Source: Lama guanicoe
Taxonomy: Eukaryota
DNA: 64,000 bases
Reading direction: 5' to 3'
Assembly: GCA_013239625.1 (NCBI GenBank)
Contig: MU054001.1
Coordinates: 1,057,884-1,121,883, forward strand
The stretch's first letter is position 1; every line of letters starts with the position of its first letter. Below, in pieces: positions 1 through 13,338 of the stretch. Below the pieces are notes generated by a model. It was given only the letters and a program-made list of their open reading frames with translations, had not been told where the DNA came from and did not search any database. Position numbers and translations under genes: made by a program.

Positions 1-58
1 GCTCCGTGTCAGGCACAGAGCTAAATACTTTACATATTATCTTAATTCTTCTAATGTC

Positions 59-190
59 TGTGCCAGAGACTGGCTCACTGTTCACCAGACCCACTTCCTT
101 TTCCTCTTGGGCACCCAGATAAACTACATTTCCCAGACTCCCTTGCAGTTAAGTGTAGGCACGTGCATTAGTTCAGACTGGCTGAGATGT
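59..190 (+). mobile_element. MLT1 (MaLR LTR) fragment
   Basis: ttcctcttgggcacccagataaactacatttcccag, closely similar to the MLT1 copy at 52347-52767. Confidence 0.6.
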
Positions 191-1737
191 ACACATTGTG
201 ATAGGATTAGACATGCAAGGGTTTTATTGGGGGAGGAGGAAGAAGGAACAGGGAGAGATTTCAGGTCACATGAGGGTCTGACTCTTGTGGGAATAAAGTT
301 AGGAGAAAAGAGAGACAATACTAGTTATGTGTAGAATTACCTTACTGTGTCTTGGGAGCTTTGGGCTTCTCAAGGTCTATATGGGGCACTTCTTGGCCGC
401 CCACTTTATTCCAACCCTAGCCATGGAGGCTGGTTCCATTTGGGTTTCCGCCAGCTCCCTGCAGTTACAGGCAGACAGCCCCGACCTTGACTCCCCCATA
501 TTCCTCTTGCCTCCTATCCTGGGACTCCTCTGACATTGTGGGGCTTCCAGGCACCAGGAACCCAGTATTCGCCAGGCTTGTGCACCCTAAAAATGCTGGG
601 GACCACTCTTGACCAACAGGTGTGGAAATTGATGGGAAAAAGCTTCCCCTTTCATTTTCCAGGGGGATAGTATTGAGACGCATTCCATAACGCATTCCAG
701 TGCCGGCTCCCCCCAAAACCTGTACACCCTCTCCCCACCACCCCGCTCCTTATTCTACCCCTGCTCAGTTCTGAGTTCCCAAATAGACTAGTAGCACACC
801 AGCCTTTGCCTTAGAATCTTCTCTTAGGGGAATCCAGGCAAAGACAAGGTTTTAATCAGAAATAATCAGGTCCCAAAAGGCTAGAGATTTGAACTGGGTT
901 TTTAAGTAGAAAATAGAAATAGCTTGGCAGAGAGAAATGGGACAAGGAACCCCAGAAAGACAGGGAGAAAAATTAAGCCAAAAGAGAGAGAGAGAGAGAC
1001 AAAGAAAACCCTCAATTTGCCAGTTAGCCCACTGCCTTGCTCTCAGAAAGTTCCAAATTGCCTTTACTTTCTCAGAATTTCAATCAAAGCTATTCCAGAG
1101 GAAGCAATTTCTGCCAGCGCATGGTCTTCCCCACTGCCCAACCCAGGAGAAGCTCTCAAAACTTTAGCTAGAAGAACCCCAGCAGACATCAGCAATTTAA
1201 CTGGGGGAAAGAGAAAAAATCCAATCCACAGGTCATCACAATGTGTTCCATCCGACACAAATGGTTCGCTCACCATTGGGACCCTAATGAGAATGTGGCC
1301 CAGACGTGGCTGGGACTTTGAGACAAAGGAAGAGATGGTCAGGTCTCTACAGCAACCCATACTCACACAAACCAATGGAGCGGCAACAAAAACACATAAG
1401 ATTTCTCCAACGACACACAGACAACAATAAAATAAGACTTTTCCCTCCGATTTCAAAATTAATGAATTTTAAGGATCTCCTGGCTGCCTGAGCCACTCGC
1501 TCTGTCTGACCTTCTCACACTGCTGGCCTTTCTCTCCAGGATGGAGTGAGGACAGGTCTTGGCTATGTGTGCCCACTGCCATTGGTCACCACCAGTGTCA
1601 CCATGCCACAAATTCAGGGCATAAGAGAGATGACTGGGGCAACCACAGCCCCCAGATTAGCAACAAATGGACCCAAGGGAAACTGGGTCCTGTCATCTCT
1701 TTCCTGGGACAAAAGGGGAGCAACATTTTGTTTTTGG

Positions 1738-2245
1738 TTTTTTACGGTAAAATACACAGAACAAAAAAATTGACTCTTATAATCATTTTTAAGTGTACAG
1801 TTCAGTGGCATTAAGTCCATTCACATTGCTGGGCTACCATCACCACCATCCATCTCCAAAACTCTTTCCATCTTGGACAAATGAAAGTCTGCAGCCATTA
1901 AACACTAACTCCTGATTTCTCCTCCCCACAGCCCCTGGTACCCACCACTTTACTCTCTCATCTGTACGATTTTGACTACCCCAAGTTCCTCCTCTAAGTG
2001 GAATCATACAGCAGTTGCCTTTTTATGACGGGCTTCTTCCACTTAGGGTAACGTCTTGAAGGCTCATCCATGTGCTACTGTATGTCAGAACCTCCTTCCT
2101 TTTTAAGGCTGAATAACATTCCATTGTGTGGGTAGACATTTTGTTTATCCATTCACCCATCAATGGACGTGTGAGTTGTTTCCACCGCTGCTCTAGGCCC
2201 AGATGCACAAATATCTCTTCGAGGTTCTACTTTCAATTCTTCGGG
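1738..2245 (-). mobile_element. L1MB-like 3' end
   Basis: ttttaagtgtacagttcagtggcattaag...ttttaaggctgaataacattccattgtgtg. Confidence 0.85.
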
Positions 2246-2399
2246 GCAAATGGGGAGGGAACATTTTTGTCACTACAAGTGGCTCCGCACTAAGCCTGAA
2301 GGGAGGAGGCAGGATAGTTGTTGAGAACACAGAGTTTGCTGTCGGGCAAAACTGGCTTCCAATCCTGGTTCTCCCCGTTACACTACAGACTGATAAAGA

Positions 2400-2615
2400 A
2401 TTAACACTTGGTGGGCATTTACTGTATCAAAACATTCTTCTCAGTTCTTCTGCATATGGTATTAGCTTCCTTAATCTTCACAGCAATTCTATGAGGTAGG
2501 TACTATTATTAACCCTTTTTACAGGGGAAGATGGGACATGGAAGTTAAGCAGTTTACCTAGATCTAAATAAGTCCTAGAGGCCAGATTTGAATTCAGGCA
2601 GTCTGGTTCCAGATC
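2400..2615 (-). mobile_element. MIR SINE
   Basis: cttaatcttcacagcaattctatgaggtaggtactattatt...ttttacagggg...agagccagatttgaattcaggcagtctgg. Confidence 0.7.
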
Positions 2616-2627
2616 TCATATAATGAT

Positions 2628-2700
2628 AATGAGAAGAAGGAAGAGGAAGAGGAGGAGGGAGAGGAGGAGAAAGGGAGGAGGATGGTAATGATGGTGAAGA
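2628..2700 (+). repeat. Purine-rich (GGA/GAA)n low-complexity tract
   Basis: gagaagaaggaagaggaagaggaggagggagaggaggag. Confidence 0.8.
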
Positions 2701-5700
2701 TTCAAGGAAAATTGAGTCATCACCTCTCTCCTGGGGCAGAAGAGGGCCAACACTTTTTTTTTTTTCAACATTGGTGAAAAACATTTCAGGATGGTGATGG
2801 TGATGACTTAGCCAACACTTCTTAGTGCTCACTCCGTGTCAGACACTGTTATAGCATCTTCAATGAACTGAATCATTTGATCCTAACTACTCTCTGAAGT
2901 AAGTGTACGATTTCCCTGTGTCTCTCACAAGGACGCTGACTTTCCAAATGGTTTCATAACTTGGACCGAGTCATGTGGTGAACAAGAGGAGGATCCAGGA
3001 TCCAAACCCAGATCCTTCTGTGAGCCAAGTCCTCCTTCACGTATTCATTTAATCACTGATCTCAGCACGATTCCCTCTAAAGAATGTGGAAGGACTCAGA
3101 GCAAAGAGCCCATGTGTTCTCCAAACTTCTAGCATGTTCTTGTGGCCAGGGCAGACATTCCAGGGACATCTGGCAGAGAGGCCATGAAGTGTGACATGCG
3201 GAAATGAGGAAGAGGAAATGCCACAGAGGCTGCAGATGAGGAACAGATTTGGGGGCATTTGGAGAGCGAGCATCTCTGCTGCAGCGGCAGGATGTGTGAG
3301 GACCAGAGAAAGAGAAAGGGGGGTCTTAGGAAGTGTGGCTCCAGATTATGAATTAGAGCCACATGGAAATGTTTTGAGAGCCACAAGTAAAAGTTCAGAT
3401 TCTTTGTCAATTCTGTATAGTTTTTATTTCGGACTCTGTTTCTCTAAACACCACACTGAGGTAAGACTGAGCCACATGGGACCTCATGTTGTATTTGGGT
3501 TAAACCAGCTGAATAACCATATTTGTTGGATACTCTTTAGGTGCCAGGCCCTGGGTTTATGGCAATAACTGAGTCAGAGGTGTCCCTCCTCACAGATCTG
3601 GAAGCTCAGCAGAGAGCTGGCTCAAAGCAGGAAATGGGGCTGCTCAGAGATACTTGGGGTTCAGGGAGTGCTACAGCTTCTTTCTCTTCCTCCTCTTATG
3701 AACCATGTGTGGGAATCTCCAAGTGCGTCCAAGCCATCCTTTGGTGAGGATGTCTGTCCCTGGGGCCTCTCCTCTGTCCTGCTCTATCCCTCATGGCTGG
3801 GCCCTCTTCCCCTCCTTCCCATCCCCCTCCTCTCTCCCACTCTCCTGCCCCCATCCCGCTCCAGTCCTGAAGGGGAGTCCAGCTCCCACCTCAGCTCCCA
3901 GCCCAGGCTTCCATGGCGCACTTGAGACCTTCGGGCTCCCACGTCGCCCCCAAAGACTGATATTGCTCATCAATCCTTGGACCCAGTGACACCAAATGAC
4001 TGCTCTTTGCCTCAAATTCTTTTCACTCTAACCTCCTCTTTCCTCTTACCCAGTGTTCTCCAGTCTTTCAGAAACTGCTTTTTCATTTTCCAATAGCTCT
4101 TACTGGTCTTCTCTGATTTCAAAATGTTTACATGCCCATGGCACAAAAATTGAAAACTAAAAAGGACAAAGAAAACAAACAGCCCTGAAACCCTCTACCT
4201 GGAGATCACCATCATTAGCCACCATGTTGCTGGGAAATCCTGCAAGAGGTCCCCACATAAAGATGAAGAAACTGAGACACAGAGAGGCTAAGTGACTTCT
4301 CTACTGTCACCTAGAGCGAGGATCCAGGTCTGTCTGACTCCGGTGCCTTTGCTCTAAAACTCTCCACTGCCCTGCTGTCCTCTTTCAGACCTTCCAGGGC
4401 TCTGGTCCCTGGGGGCCACGTTCCTTCTCCAGCCCAGACGGAGCGGGTGCAGGCAGTCTGCAATTAGCTACATGCCCTCAGCCCAGGGCAACAATCACCC
4501 ACTCTGGTGTGTGTGAGATACTCTCCCTCATCCTCACCCTACAAAGCATCTCCTCACGCAGGCCTCGTGCCAACATGAAGGAAAGTCAGTGCCTGAAACT
4601 ACTACACACAGTTCAGCATCCACCCGCTGTGGCCCCTCTGGGAGGCAGAAGGCAAATCTGGGGGAAAGACTTTGGAAACATGCAGGCAGGTACTGTGAGT
4701 CATCGCTTCCTCCCTTGCAGGAATTGAGAAAGCTGTCCCAGCCACCCTACCACGCTGGCATTCCTGCCATCTCAGTTCATGAACAAATGACTTTGAAGGC
4801 ACCAGGGACACACTGTCCAGAGAATCAATCTGATGACTGCAGTGCTATGTCCACGCTGCTCTGAACACTTCCAGGTGCCCCCAACAGGCTCTTCATAATT
4901 CCCCTGGGAACAGGGACTCCCTGAGGCACCCAGTGTGATGCCAACCTTCCCACAATAACTTACATCAATGAATTCAGGACCTTAGCGGTGGCGTGTGTAT
5001 ACATACACGCACACACACACGACCCATATTTATATCTATAATATGGGATTACTGTGATGACTTGTTTACCACTTACGTTCCCTACTCAACTGTGAGCTCC
5101 ATGAGGACAGACAAGGTATCCAGAGTACCTACTGTGATAGCTTCATCTGGGAGCACGGACTGCATAGAGTAATGTGGGAAGGAACAAGCAGTCAACCTGC
5201 CTTGTCTTTGTGTGCTTCCCTCCCTGCCTCCAACTCTCCAGGCCTTTTGTCCCTAGTTCACGATAGTCAACATTCTGCTCAGTCACCAGCCAGCAGACTG
5301 CGAAACCTACTGCCCACAGAACATCTAGCCTGGTTCCTGCTTTGGGGGAACTTACAATCTGGTTAGAGAGGTAGAACTGAAAAAGACATCAAATATTAAC
5401 CACCTAACATTTAGTAGATATATTGGTTGGGTGACTTAGTTACAAGGAACAGAAACCCAACTCCAACAGAAATAAGCAAATAAGGAAACTGTACGGATTT
5501 CAGGAATGGCTGGATCCAGGACTCCTAGCAGTGTGCAAACATGTCATCAGGCTTAGTGTCTCCCTCTCCAGCCCTCCTGTATGTCTTTCATTATCTCACT
5601 GAATCTTCTCTTTGTGACAGCAAAGTGGCCATCTTCATCTACATTCCTATATCCCTCATGCTAAGCTTTCCCTAAAAGCCCATTGGCTCCCCAGGGCTCC

Positions 5701-6082
5701 CTAGGCAGGCCCTCTGCTGAAGGATTCAAACTCCCTCCCCAGAGACCTTGAAGTCCAAGGGCTCAGCACTTGGATAATCTCCTTTTAAAGTGCTCTTCCT
5801 TCCTTCCTTCCGGCGTACACAATGGAGAAAGCCCCACCATCATAAATCATCCCAGGGCCATGAAAAGCCCACATCAAAAGCAACCGCTCCATTGGGATCT
5901 GGATTTGCTCTCACCGGAGCCTCAGAGCCAGGTTCCAGAGCTTGTACGATAAGGAGAAATGAAGGGGAGGGGGCAGGGGGAAGGAGAACTAAACTCCTCC
6001 AGGTTCAGCCATCAGGATGTTTTACATGCAGTTTCTTTGTTCCCCCTCCCCACCAGAAGAAATGGTGACCTCAACAACTTGG

Positions 6083-6223
6083 CAGGATGGACTACATGAT
6101 CCAAAGGAACTAGAGCCAAAGGAAAATGTGTGCTCTTGTTCAAAATGATTAAGACTTTTAGGACAGCAACCACAGAGCATCCTAGCAAGCACATAGATCT
6201 GCACGCCCACAAGACCAGCCCTG
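6083..6223 (-). mobile_element. MER45A-like hAT-Tip100 MITE
   Basis: Termini cagga...ccagccctg; internal aaaatg...ttgttcaaaa..ttaaga..cagagca; homologous to the copy at 8991-9148. Confidence 0.65.
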
Positions 6224-6934
6224 TTCAGCGGAAATTCCTAAACCAATGACTGGTGTCCTTTGCCTGTTCTGTCTCCAATACTCACCACCACCACCCCTTT
6301 CCAATCTCCTTGTTTGTTTTTTTTCCCATTTTTTGTATCATGCGCTGAAAATATTTTTCAATTTGTTCCTGTCTGTGTTCCTATCTGAGTCCCCAGGAGA
6401 ATGTAAGCTCAGAGAGTGCAGGGATCCAACCGACCTTGAATGCCACTGCATTCCTGGTGTCCAGTACAGGGCGGGCCATGCAGAGAGTGCTCAGGCAAAG
6501 TTTGGAGATGAGCAGATGAGCCACTCCAGCCTGCTGGGTGGACTCAGAGGATGAGAGGGTCTCCATGCTAGGCTCACACCCTCTCTCCTGGGGATGGTTT
6601 TAGCATCAGGCCCACTGCTGCTCTGCCTTTCAGCTCTAACAGCCACATCAGAAAACCCACACAGTTTGCCCGTTAGGCCAACTTTCCAGGAAGAGGATAT
6701 CTTGCGGGAATTAAAGAAAGGTGGGATGTCAAACAAAACCCCATCAATAAGTCCCTGGCATGCCTGAATGGCTCTGCCTGCCACTAGGTCCAAATGTCAG
6801 AAAGGGAAACCACTTACAAAATACCCGACCCTGAATTTCATTCCCCAATGCCACTGCACAGTGCCCTGTGCAAAATAAAAAAAAAAAAAAAAAAAAAAAA
6901 AACATTAGTAATATCTAGTGACACTTAATATATG

Positions 6935-7625
6935 TATATCTTATGCCCCACTCCTAGGTATACACACAACAGAACTGCATATAGATGTCCACCAAAAGGC
7001 ACGTGCCAGAATGTTCCTAGCAGCACTATTCATGAAATTGCTCAGACACCCATCAACAGGAGAGTAGATAGATAAATTGTAAACAAGACTTGATGTAGTA
7101 ATGAGAATAAACAATTTACAACCGCAAGAAACAAGATGGATGGATCTTTAAAAATTTTTTTAATTGAAGTAGAGTTGATTTACAATGCTGTGTTAGTTTC
7201 AAGTGTACAGCAAAATGATTCAGTTTTACATATATATGTATGTGTATATATATATATATATGCATTCTTTTTCAGATTATTTTCCATTATACACGATTGG
7301 ATGAATCTTACAAACATAATATTGAGAAGATACTTGAAACAAAAAAATACAAGATGTGTGACTGCTTCCATAAAGTATAAAACTAGGCAGAACTAGTCTC
7401 TGCTATTGGAAGTCAGGCTGGTGGGTACTTGGTGGGGAGAAGGGGATGGAGCCACCAGAAGAAGACCCAGGGGGCTCCTGAGGGACATTATCTTCTGGTT
7501 CCTGATGTGGATGCTGGTTATGTGGGGGTTTTCACTTTGTGAAAATAAATGTGTTCTACACTTACGATACATGCATTTCATGTGTGTATATTATCCTTCA
7601 ATGAGATGTTTAAAATGTTATTGGA
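6935..7625 (+). mobile_element. Old L1M 3' UTR with a nested minus-strand younger L1 3' fragment (about 7150-7290)
   Basis: ccccactcctaggtatacac...ccaaaaggcacgtgccagaatgttc; nested ttaattgaagtagagttgatttacaat...gtgtacagcaaaatgattcagtt. Confidence 0.75.
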
Positions 7626-7689
7626 AAAGGAAAAGTCATAAGTGTTCAGCAAAGCATGAGCTACGAGTATGAGCAGATCACAGCTGGTA

Positions 7690-8160
7690 AGACTGGGGGT
7701 GACTCTGGAACCAGAGGCCTTAGTGTGACTCTCGCTTTGGCCACTTGTTAGCTGTGTGACCTCAGGCAAGTTATTTAACCTCTCTGTGCCCCAGTTTTCT
7801 TTATCTATAAAATGAGGGAAACAACAGTCCCTATCTTAAAACCGCACCTAGACGTGGTAAGTGTTATAGCCACGTGTTACTTTTTATGGATAGAAATATG
7901 ATGATGGAGGTAATATATCAAACCATAATAATAAATGGGGAAGATGTCTTTTAAAATATATTATATTTATACTTATATGCCTAAGCCCTTAATTATGTGT
8001 TCTAAGCACTTTATATGTATTAAGTCATTTAATTCTCCTCCTGGCCTTTTACAGATGGAGAAATTGAGGCTTAGAGAGGCCAGGTAACTTTCCCAAGGAC
8101 AACCAGAGAGGAAGAGGCAAAGCTGGGATTTGAGCACATGCTGTTATCCAATAAGTCAGG
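7690..8160. mobile_element. Two MIR fragments (+ about 7690-7870; - about 7975-8160)
   Basis: gctgtgtgacctcaggcaagttatttaacctctctgtgccccagttt; ttttacagatggagaaattgaggcttagagagg. Confidence 0.7.
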
Positions 8161-8990
8161 TGAAGATGGAACCTGGATTATAATCCACATATACCTTGAT
8201 TGACGGTGGAAGACCATGTCAAAAAACATAGAGCCGTCCCTGGCACCCGATGAGCCAATAAAAACAATGCTCCCGGCCAAGAGGTGGATTTAATGAGGGG
8301 AAGACACAAGCTGTGGGAGCCCCGTGCCGGCGAGAAGGAGGTGAGCCCATGGATCTGAGCGGAGGAAAGACATCATTACCCAATTAAGATTTCACTTTCA
8401 GGAGTACGCTCCCAAATGCAGAGGGCACAGGCAGGCACAAACCCTACAAAAGCCTGGGTTTTGGTTTTCCTGTTTCTCCTTCCGTTTTCCCTCAAAGCCA
8501 AGAGGAGCCAGGGATGGGGAGGGAGGTTAGAACCCACACATATCCCAGCACGCCAGCCTGCGCCCCGCCGAGCAACTTGAGTTGTCTACTGCTTCTAAAC
8601 AGCTGGAAAAATGTCAGACTGTCATCAGTGATTAAAGTGGGATTTTCCAAAGGTTTCAAAAATATTTCAGAATTCAAGACCTTACTTCTCTTGCAGAAAA
8701 GAAATCCAGGCAGCAGTCCCTGGACAGATGCATCATGGGACTTTGGTATCCCTGCTGGAGTTCCTGTCTGGGTCGCCTGCCGTGGTGGAATCGGGCAGGC
8801 CTGGCCTTTGCTGTGCTTTCCAAGCAGGTCTTCTTGGCTGTTTCCACCCAACCCAGATGCATAGGCGCACATGTGTAGGCCAGATGCTCCCCCAGGAGGT
8901 GTATAATTCTGTGATGGGTGTCCCTCTGCCCATCCAGCAGGCCTGCAAGGATCCCAAGGAACAGAAGGGGGCCTTACCCACCTCTGTGTG

Positions 8991-9148
8991 CAAGATCATT
9001 ACATAATCTTCATGGCTCAGGGCATAAGGAAAATATGGGGCTGTTATTCAAAAGTTACTTAAGAATTTCAAGATGGTGACAGCAGAGCCTTAAACCAAGT
9101 GTCGGGTGCTTCTAAGCACATGACCACACGCCCGTGAAACCAGCCCTG
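8991..9148 (-). mobile_element. MER45A-like hAT-Tip100 MITE
   Basis: ttaagaatttcaagatggtgacagcagagccttaaaccaagtg...cacgcccgtgaaaccagccctg; flanks TCTGTGTG and TCTGCATG fit an 8-bp TSD altered by CpG decay. Confidence 0.7.
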
Positions 9149-10269
9149 TCTGCATGCCTGGGAACCTAGTCGGTGCTCAGGAAACGCTGACGGGACGTAC
9201 ACCTTGCCATTATCATGAGCCCCTCCAAGTTTGTCCTTCTGCCCCCAGACTATTTTTCTAACATTTGCTGAGTGCGTGCTATGACAGGCGTTATTCTTAG
9301 CACCTGTGTAAGTACTAGCTTTACATTATTATCTTATATATCATTATACTGAGTTACTTTATCCTCAGTCAAGTGCAGTGAAGTTGGACCTATTATTGTC
9401 ACAGATGAGGAAACACAGGCCTGGAGGACTGAGCCACATGCCCAAGGTCAGAAGTGGGTTTTGATTTCAGTGCAGAAGGTCTGGCTGCAGACCCTCCCAT
9501 GCCTTTGTCATCTTTGCATCCTCCCCCCTCGTCCACCCCAGAATGGGCCAAACTGTCAGTGGACACCTGTGAATTCCATCATGTAGACAACACTGCTGAG
9601 TGTTGGTTCTGGGCCAGGCCCGAGGTCTGGCCCTGAAGAGCAGTGATGATGTGACTTCCTCTTCCACATGCCAAGACTAAGATGGAGCAGCGGCTGGCAG
9701 GTCATGGGTTTGTCTTGGGGTGACGTGCAAATATGCAATCACTGGCATAAGCTGGGAACTGACCAAATCAGAGTGGACCCCAGAAGATCGGGAGGCCCCT
9801 ACCATGACTGCTTTACTCCCTTTGGCTGCTGAATCATTGGGCCAGGGAAAAAGGGGGTTAGCTGGGGCAGCAGGAGAGCCCTGGGAGGCTCAGGGTAGAG
9901 AGATGAGAGTGTTTCCAACAAACTCCGCAAGTACGCAGCGTTGAATATCTGCCTGCCCCCTGCTCCCCGCCCCGTGATTACAGAGTTCTCCATTGTGTTC
10001 CAAAGAGTGTCCTGCTAACTCCAATTTCTAAAAGTCAACTTGAATCCACAAACACTTGGCATCCTTACAGAATGCCATTAACTGAGGAAGTGCCTGAGGG
10101 GACAGCAGATAAAGGAAAAATGCAGCATTCTGGAATAAGATTGAGACTGGGCCTGGCGCACCGTAGGTGTTCAGTTAACACCTATTAAATTGAGCTAAAA
10201 GGAAATCAGGAGCGCTACCCCATAACGTACAAGCCCAGTTAGGAGCATTGATCCAGCTCTGAAAGTCAT

Positions 10270-10994
10270 TGTATTCGTTACCCATTGCTGTGTAACAATT
10301 ATTCTGAAACATAGCAGCTTAAAACAAGGATCTGCAGACTTTTCCGTAAAGGGGTAGAGAGTAAATATTTCAGACTTGTGGACTCTATGGTCTCCACTCA
10401 ATAGCTGTTGGAACCCGAAAGCAGCCATAGACAATCTGTACATGAACGGCCATTCCTGTGTTCCAATAAAACTTTATTTACAGAAACAGGCGGCCAGCCC
10501 ACCTGTGGTTTGCCAACTCCTAACTTCAAACAGCAAACATTCATTATTTCACAGTTTCTGTGAGTCAGGACTCCAGGTGCAGCTTAGCTGGGTGCCCCTG
10601 GCCCCAGGCTTCTCAGGTGGCTGTCCCATGGTAAGCCAGGACTACTGTCCCCTGAAGACTCAGCAGGGACCAGAGACTCCACTTCCAAGCTCACCCACGT
10701 GGTGGCCAGCAGGCCTCAGTTCCTTGCCAGGTGGGCCTCTCCATCACTATCTGAGCACCCTCACAGCACGGCAGCTGGGAATCTCAGAGACAGAGAGTCA
10801 GAAAGTGCTTAAGATAGAAGCCACAGTCTTTTTATAACCTCATCTCAGAAGCCACATCCCATTGCTTCTATAGTATTTTCTTCAATAGAAGCAAGTCAGT
10901 AAGTCCAGTTCATACTCAAAGGGAGGACTCCACCTGGACAAGCACACCGGGAGCTGAGGATCACCGGGGGCCATCTTGGAGGCTGGCTGTCACC
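10270..10994 (-). mobile_element. MLT1 (MaLR) LTR interrupted by MER58A
   Basis: tgtattcgtt...ttgctgtgtaacaa...agcttaaaaca / attatttcacagtttctgtgagtcagga...ggccatcttggaggctggct. Confidence 0.75.
10325..10522 (+). mobile_element. MER58A (hAT-Charlie) nested in MLT1
   Basis: gtaaagggg..agagagtaaatattt...aaagcagccatagacaat...tgtgttccaataaaactttatttaca; degenerate 8-bp TSD GCTTAAAA / ACTTCAAA. Confidence 0.8.
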
Positions 10995-11959
10995 TTGCCA
11001 CTCATTCAACAAACCTACCACACAACACCTGGAGCCAAGTACTGGGAATACAGTGAGACAAGACACACACCATCCCTGGCTTCCTGGTACTGCCAATATA
11101 AATTTTTCCTAAAACTCTTTTTATTCGATAATAAAAGAGAGAAAGAGAAACAAAATAAGAAAAAAAAATTGAGAAAGATCCCCATTTGATAAAAAAAGAT
11201 TTCTAAGAACTCATAGATGTCTACCTAGCTCAACCAACCATCCCTATAATAGAGATTAAAAACCCAAATGCCTACGGGAGCCAGCCAGGCAGCATGAAAA
11301 AGTGAGCAGTTCTGCGCAACAAAGAACTGCCTCCCATCTCAAGGGAACTGTCACCCCATTCAAGGTCCTATTGTGGACCCGCCAGAATTTGGGACAGTGC
11401 TGCCAGAACTGACTTTTCAAGAAAAGCTCAAAATTAGGATTTTATATTAAATCTCCTAACCTTTAAAGATGGGCAATGGTGAGATGGTGTTCCTGTTCAT
11501 CTATTCCCTGTCTGTCTCAGCTTAGTTTTCCCCAACCTCAGGTCCTGTGAAAAGGCTTACCTGCAGGTGATTTATACGAGAAGTGATCCCAGAAGTGAGA
11601 GAGAGAAGGAAGAAAACCACACAAAGTTGTGCTCTTGGGCTGACCACTGCTACAGGGGCTGGATGCTGCGAGGACCTTCCGGGGCACTGATGGCATGCAG
11701 CTCAGAACTACCTGCTCTGGGAATGAAAGGGGAACCATTTATCCATCCACTCCCTCCCCTTTGACCCCAAAGGTGTTAATTCCCCTGCACTTTCAGGTGG
11801 CATGAATGTGGGTGCTGATGGGTTCCTGCTGGCATCCCTGGGCCATCAGAGAAGCAAGAGGTCCTTAGTGGGGGCTGTCAGGCTGGACCTGCTCAAGATT
11901 GTCAAAGCAGAGCCTGGAATAGGATAAGGCTGAAAGGATTTTAAGCACTACCCAAGAGG

Positions 11960-12305
11960 GATCCCTCGGCGTGGTGCTCCCCACAAGGGGCATATGCATC
12001 CTTGTCCTGCTGAATGCAAGCTTGGCCACATGATGGCTCTGGCCAATTAATATGAGCAGAAGTAACATGTGTCACTGCCAAGCAGGAGCTTCAAGAATGA
12101 GTATGCAATTCACTGTGCTCTCCTGACCTCTGTCATGACAAGCAACAACACTCCAGATGGAAGTTGCTCTGTCACACTGGGTCCTGGAGTGAAGATGACA
12201 TAGATTAGAGCCATAGCCAATAGCAGGTAGAGCACATGACCATCAGCCGTTAAGTTTTGAGGCTTATTTTTCACTGCAGCAAAGCCCAGCCTAACCTGAC
12301 TGATG
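11960..12305 (+). mobile_element. MLT1J/K-like LTR
   Basis: ggccacatgatggctctggccaat...gagcagaagtaacatgtgtcact...actgcagcaaagcccagcctaacctgactgat. Confidence 0.65.
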
Positions 12306-12886
12306 AAACAATCAAACCCAAAAAGAATTTCAAAACTCTGCAAGATGACTAAAACAAGCAGGCATTAGTCTTAGGATACCATTTGGAGGTCTCTATCTCA
12401 GAAAAACAAAATTCTAGCTTAATAAATGTATTAACATGATCTTTGAAGCTCATTTTGCAAGCTGTGGGTTGGGGAGGGTGGTCTCTGCTCTGTACCATCA
12501 TACCATGGCCTTGGTGCCAGCCATGAGCAGACAAGGCTTAAGGAACTAGGCCTCCTTCCAGGTCCTTCAGGCTAATAAGCATAGGGAGAGAGTGAGATGG
12601 ATGTATCAAGCAGAAAGGATGGGCAGATTTGGGGGGTAAGCGGGTTGCAAAGAGAAAAAGGAGGCATCAGGCTAAAGGGCTGAATTGTATGATGTCTCTT
12701 TTCACTGACAAGAAGGGACAAAGACTCATATATTTACTTTTTGTAAGTTCATCAGGACTTCTCAGATCAGGTTTAGCAACATCCCCAGATAAATATCAAT
12801 ATACAGGCTGAGTACAGAATTATTGAACACATGAAGCTCTTTCCCTGTCACAGGCCCTTTGCACATGCTGTTCCTTCTGTTTAGAG

Positions 12887-13212
12887 CAACACCATGCAAT
12901 AGAAATATCATATGCGCCACAAATATAATTTTACACTTTCTAGTGCCCACTTGGAAAGGTAAAAAAGAAGCAGGTGAAATTAATTTTAATATTATTCTTT
13001 CCTTAACACGATATACCCAAAATATTACCATTTCAATGTGCAATTGATATTTTTAAAAAAGAATGAGCTATTTTACATTCTTTTCTTTTTATACTAAGTC
13101 TTTGAAATCTGGTGGGTATTTTACACTTTCCGCTTATCTCAGTTTGGACCAGCTGCATTTCAAGTGGTCTATAGCCACATGTGGCTAGTGGCTACTGTAC
13201 TGGACAGAACAG
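12887..13212 (+). mobile_element. MER33-like hAT-Charlie element within an L2 remnant
   Basis: caatagaaatat...caggtgaaattaattttaata...tagccacatgtggctagtggctactgtactggacag. Confidence 0.75.
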
Positions 13213-13338
13213 CTTTAAAATACACTTCCCCCAGACTTTTCATAACGAGCTCCATCTCAGCTAACACATCACCTCCTCACAAATGTGCAATTGTGCTATC
13301 TAAAGTAACAGCTCTCTTACCCCCATCACATCCTGCTA

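Noticed and set aside
924..1430. 168-aa ORF and overlapping ORFs
   Set aside because: TTG start, includes a (GA)n repeat, with no domain or supporting exon structure
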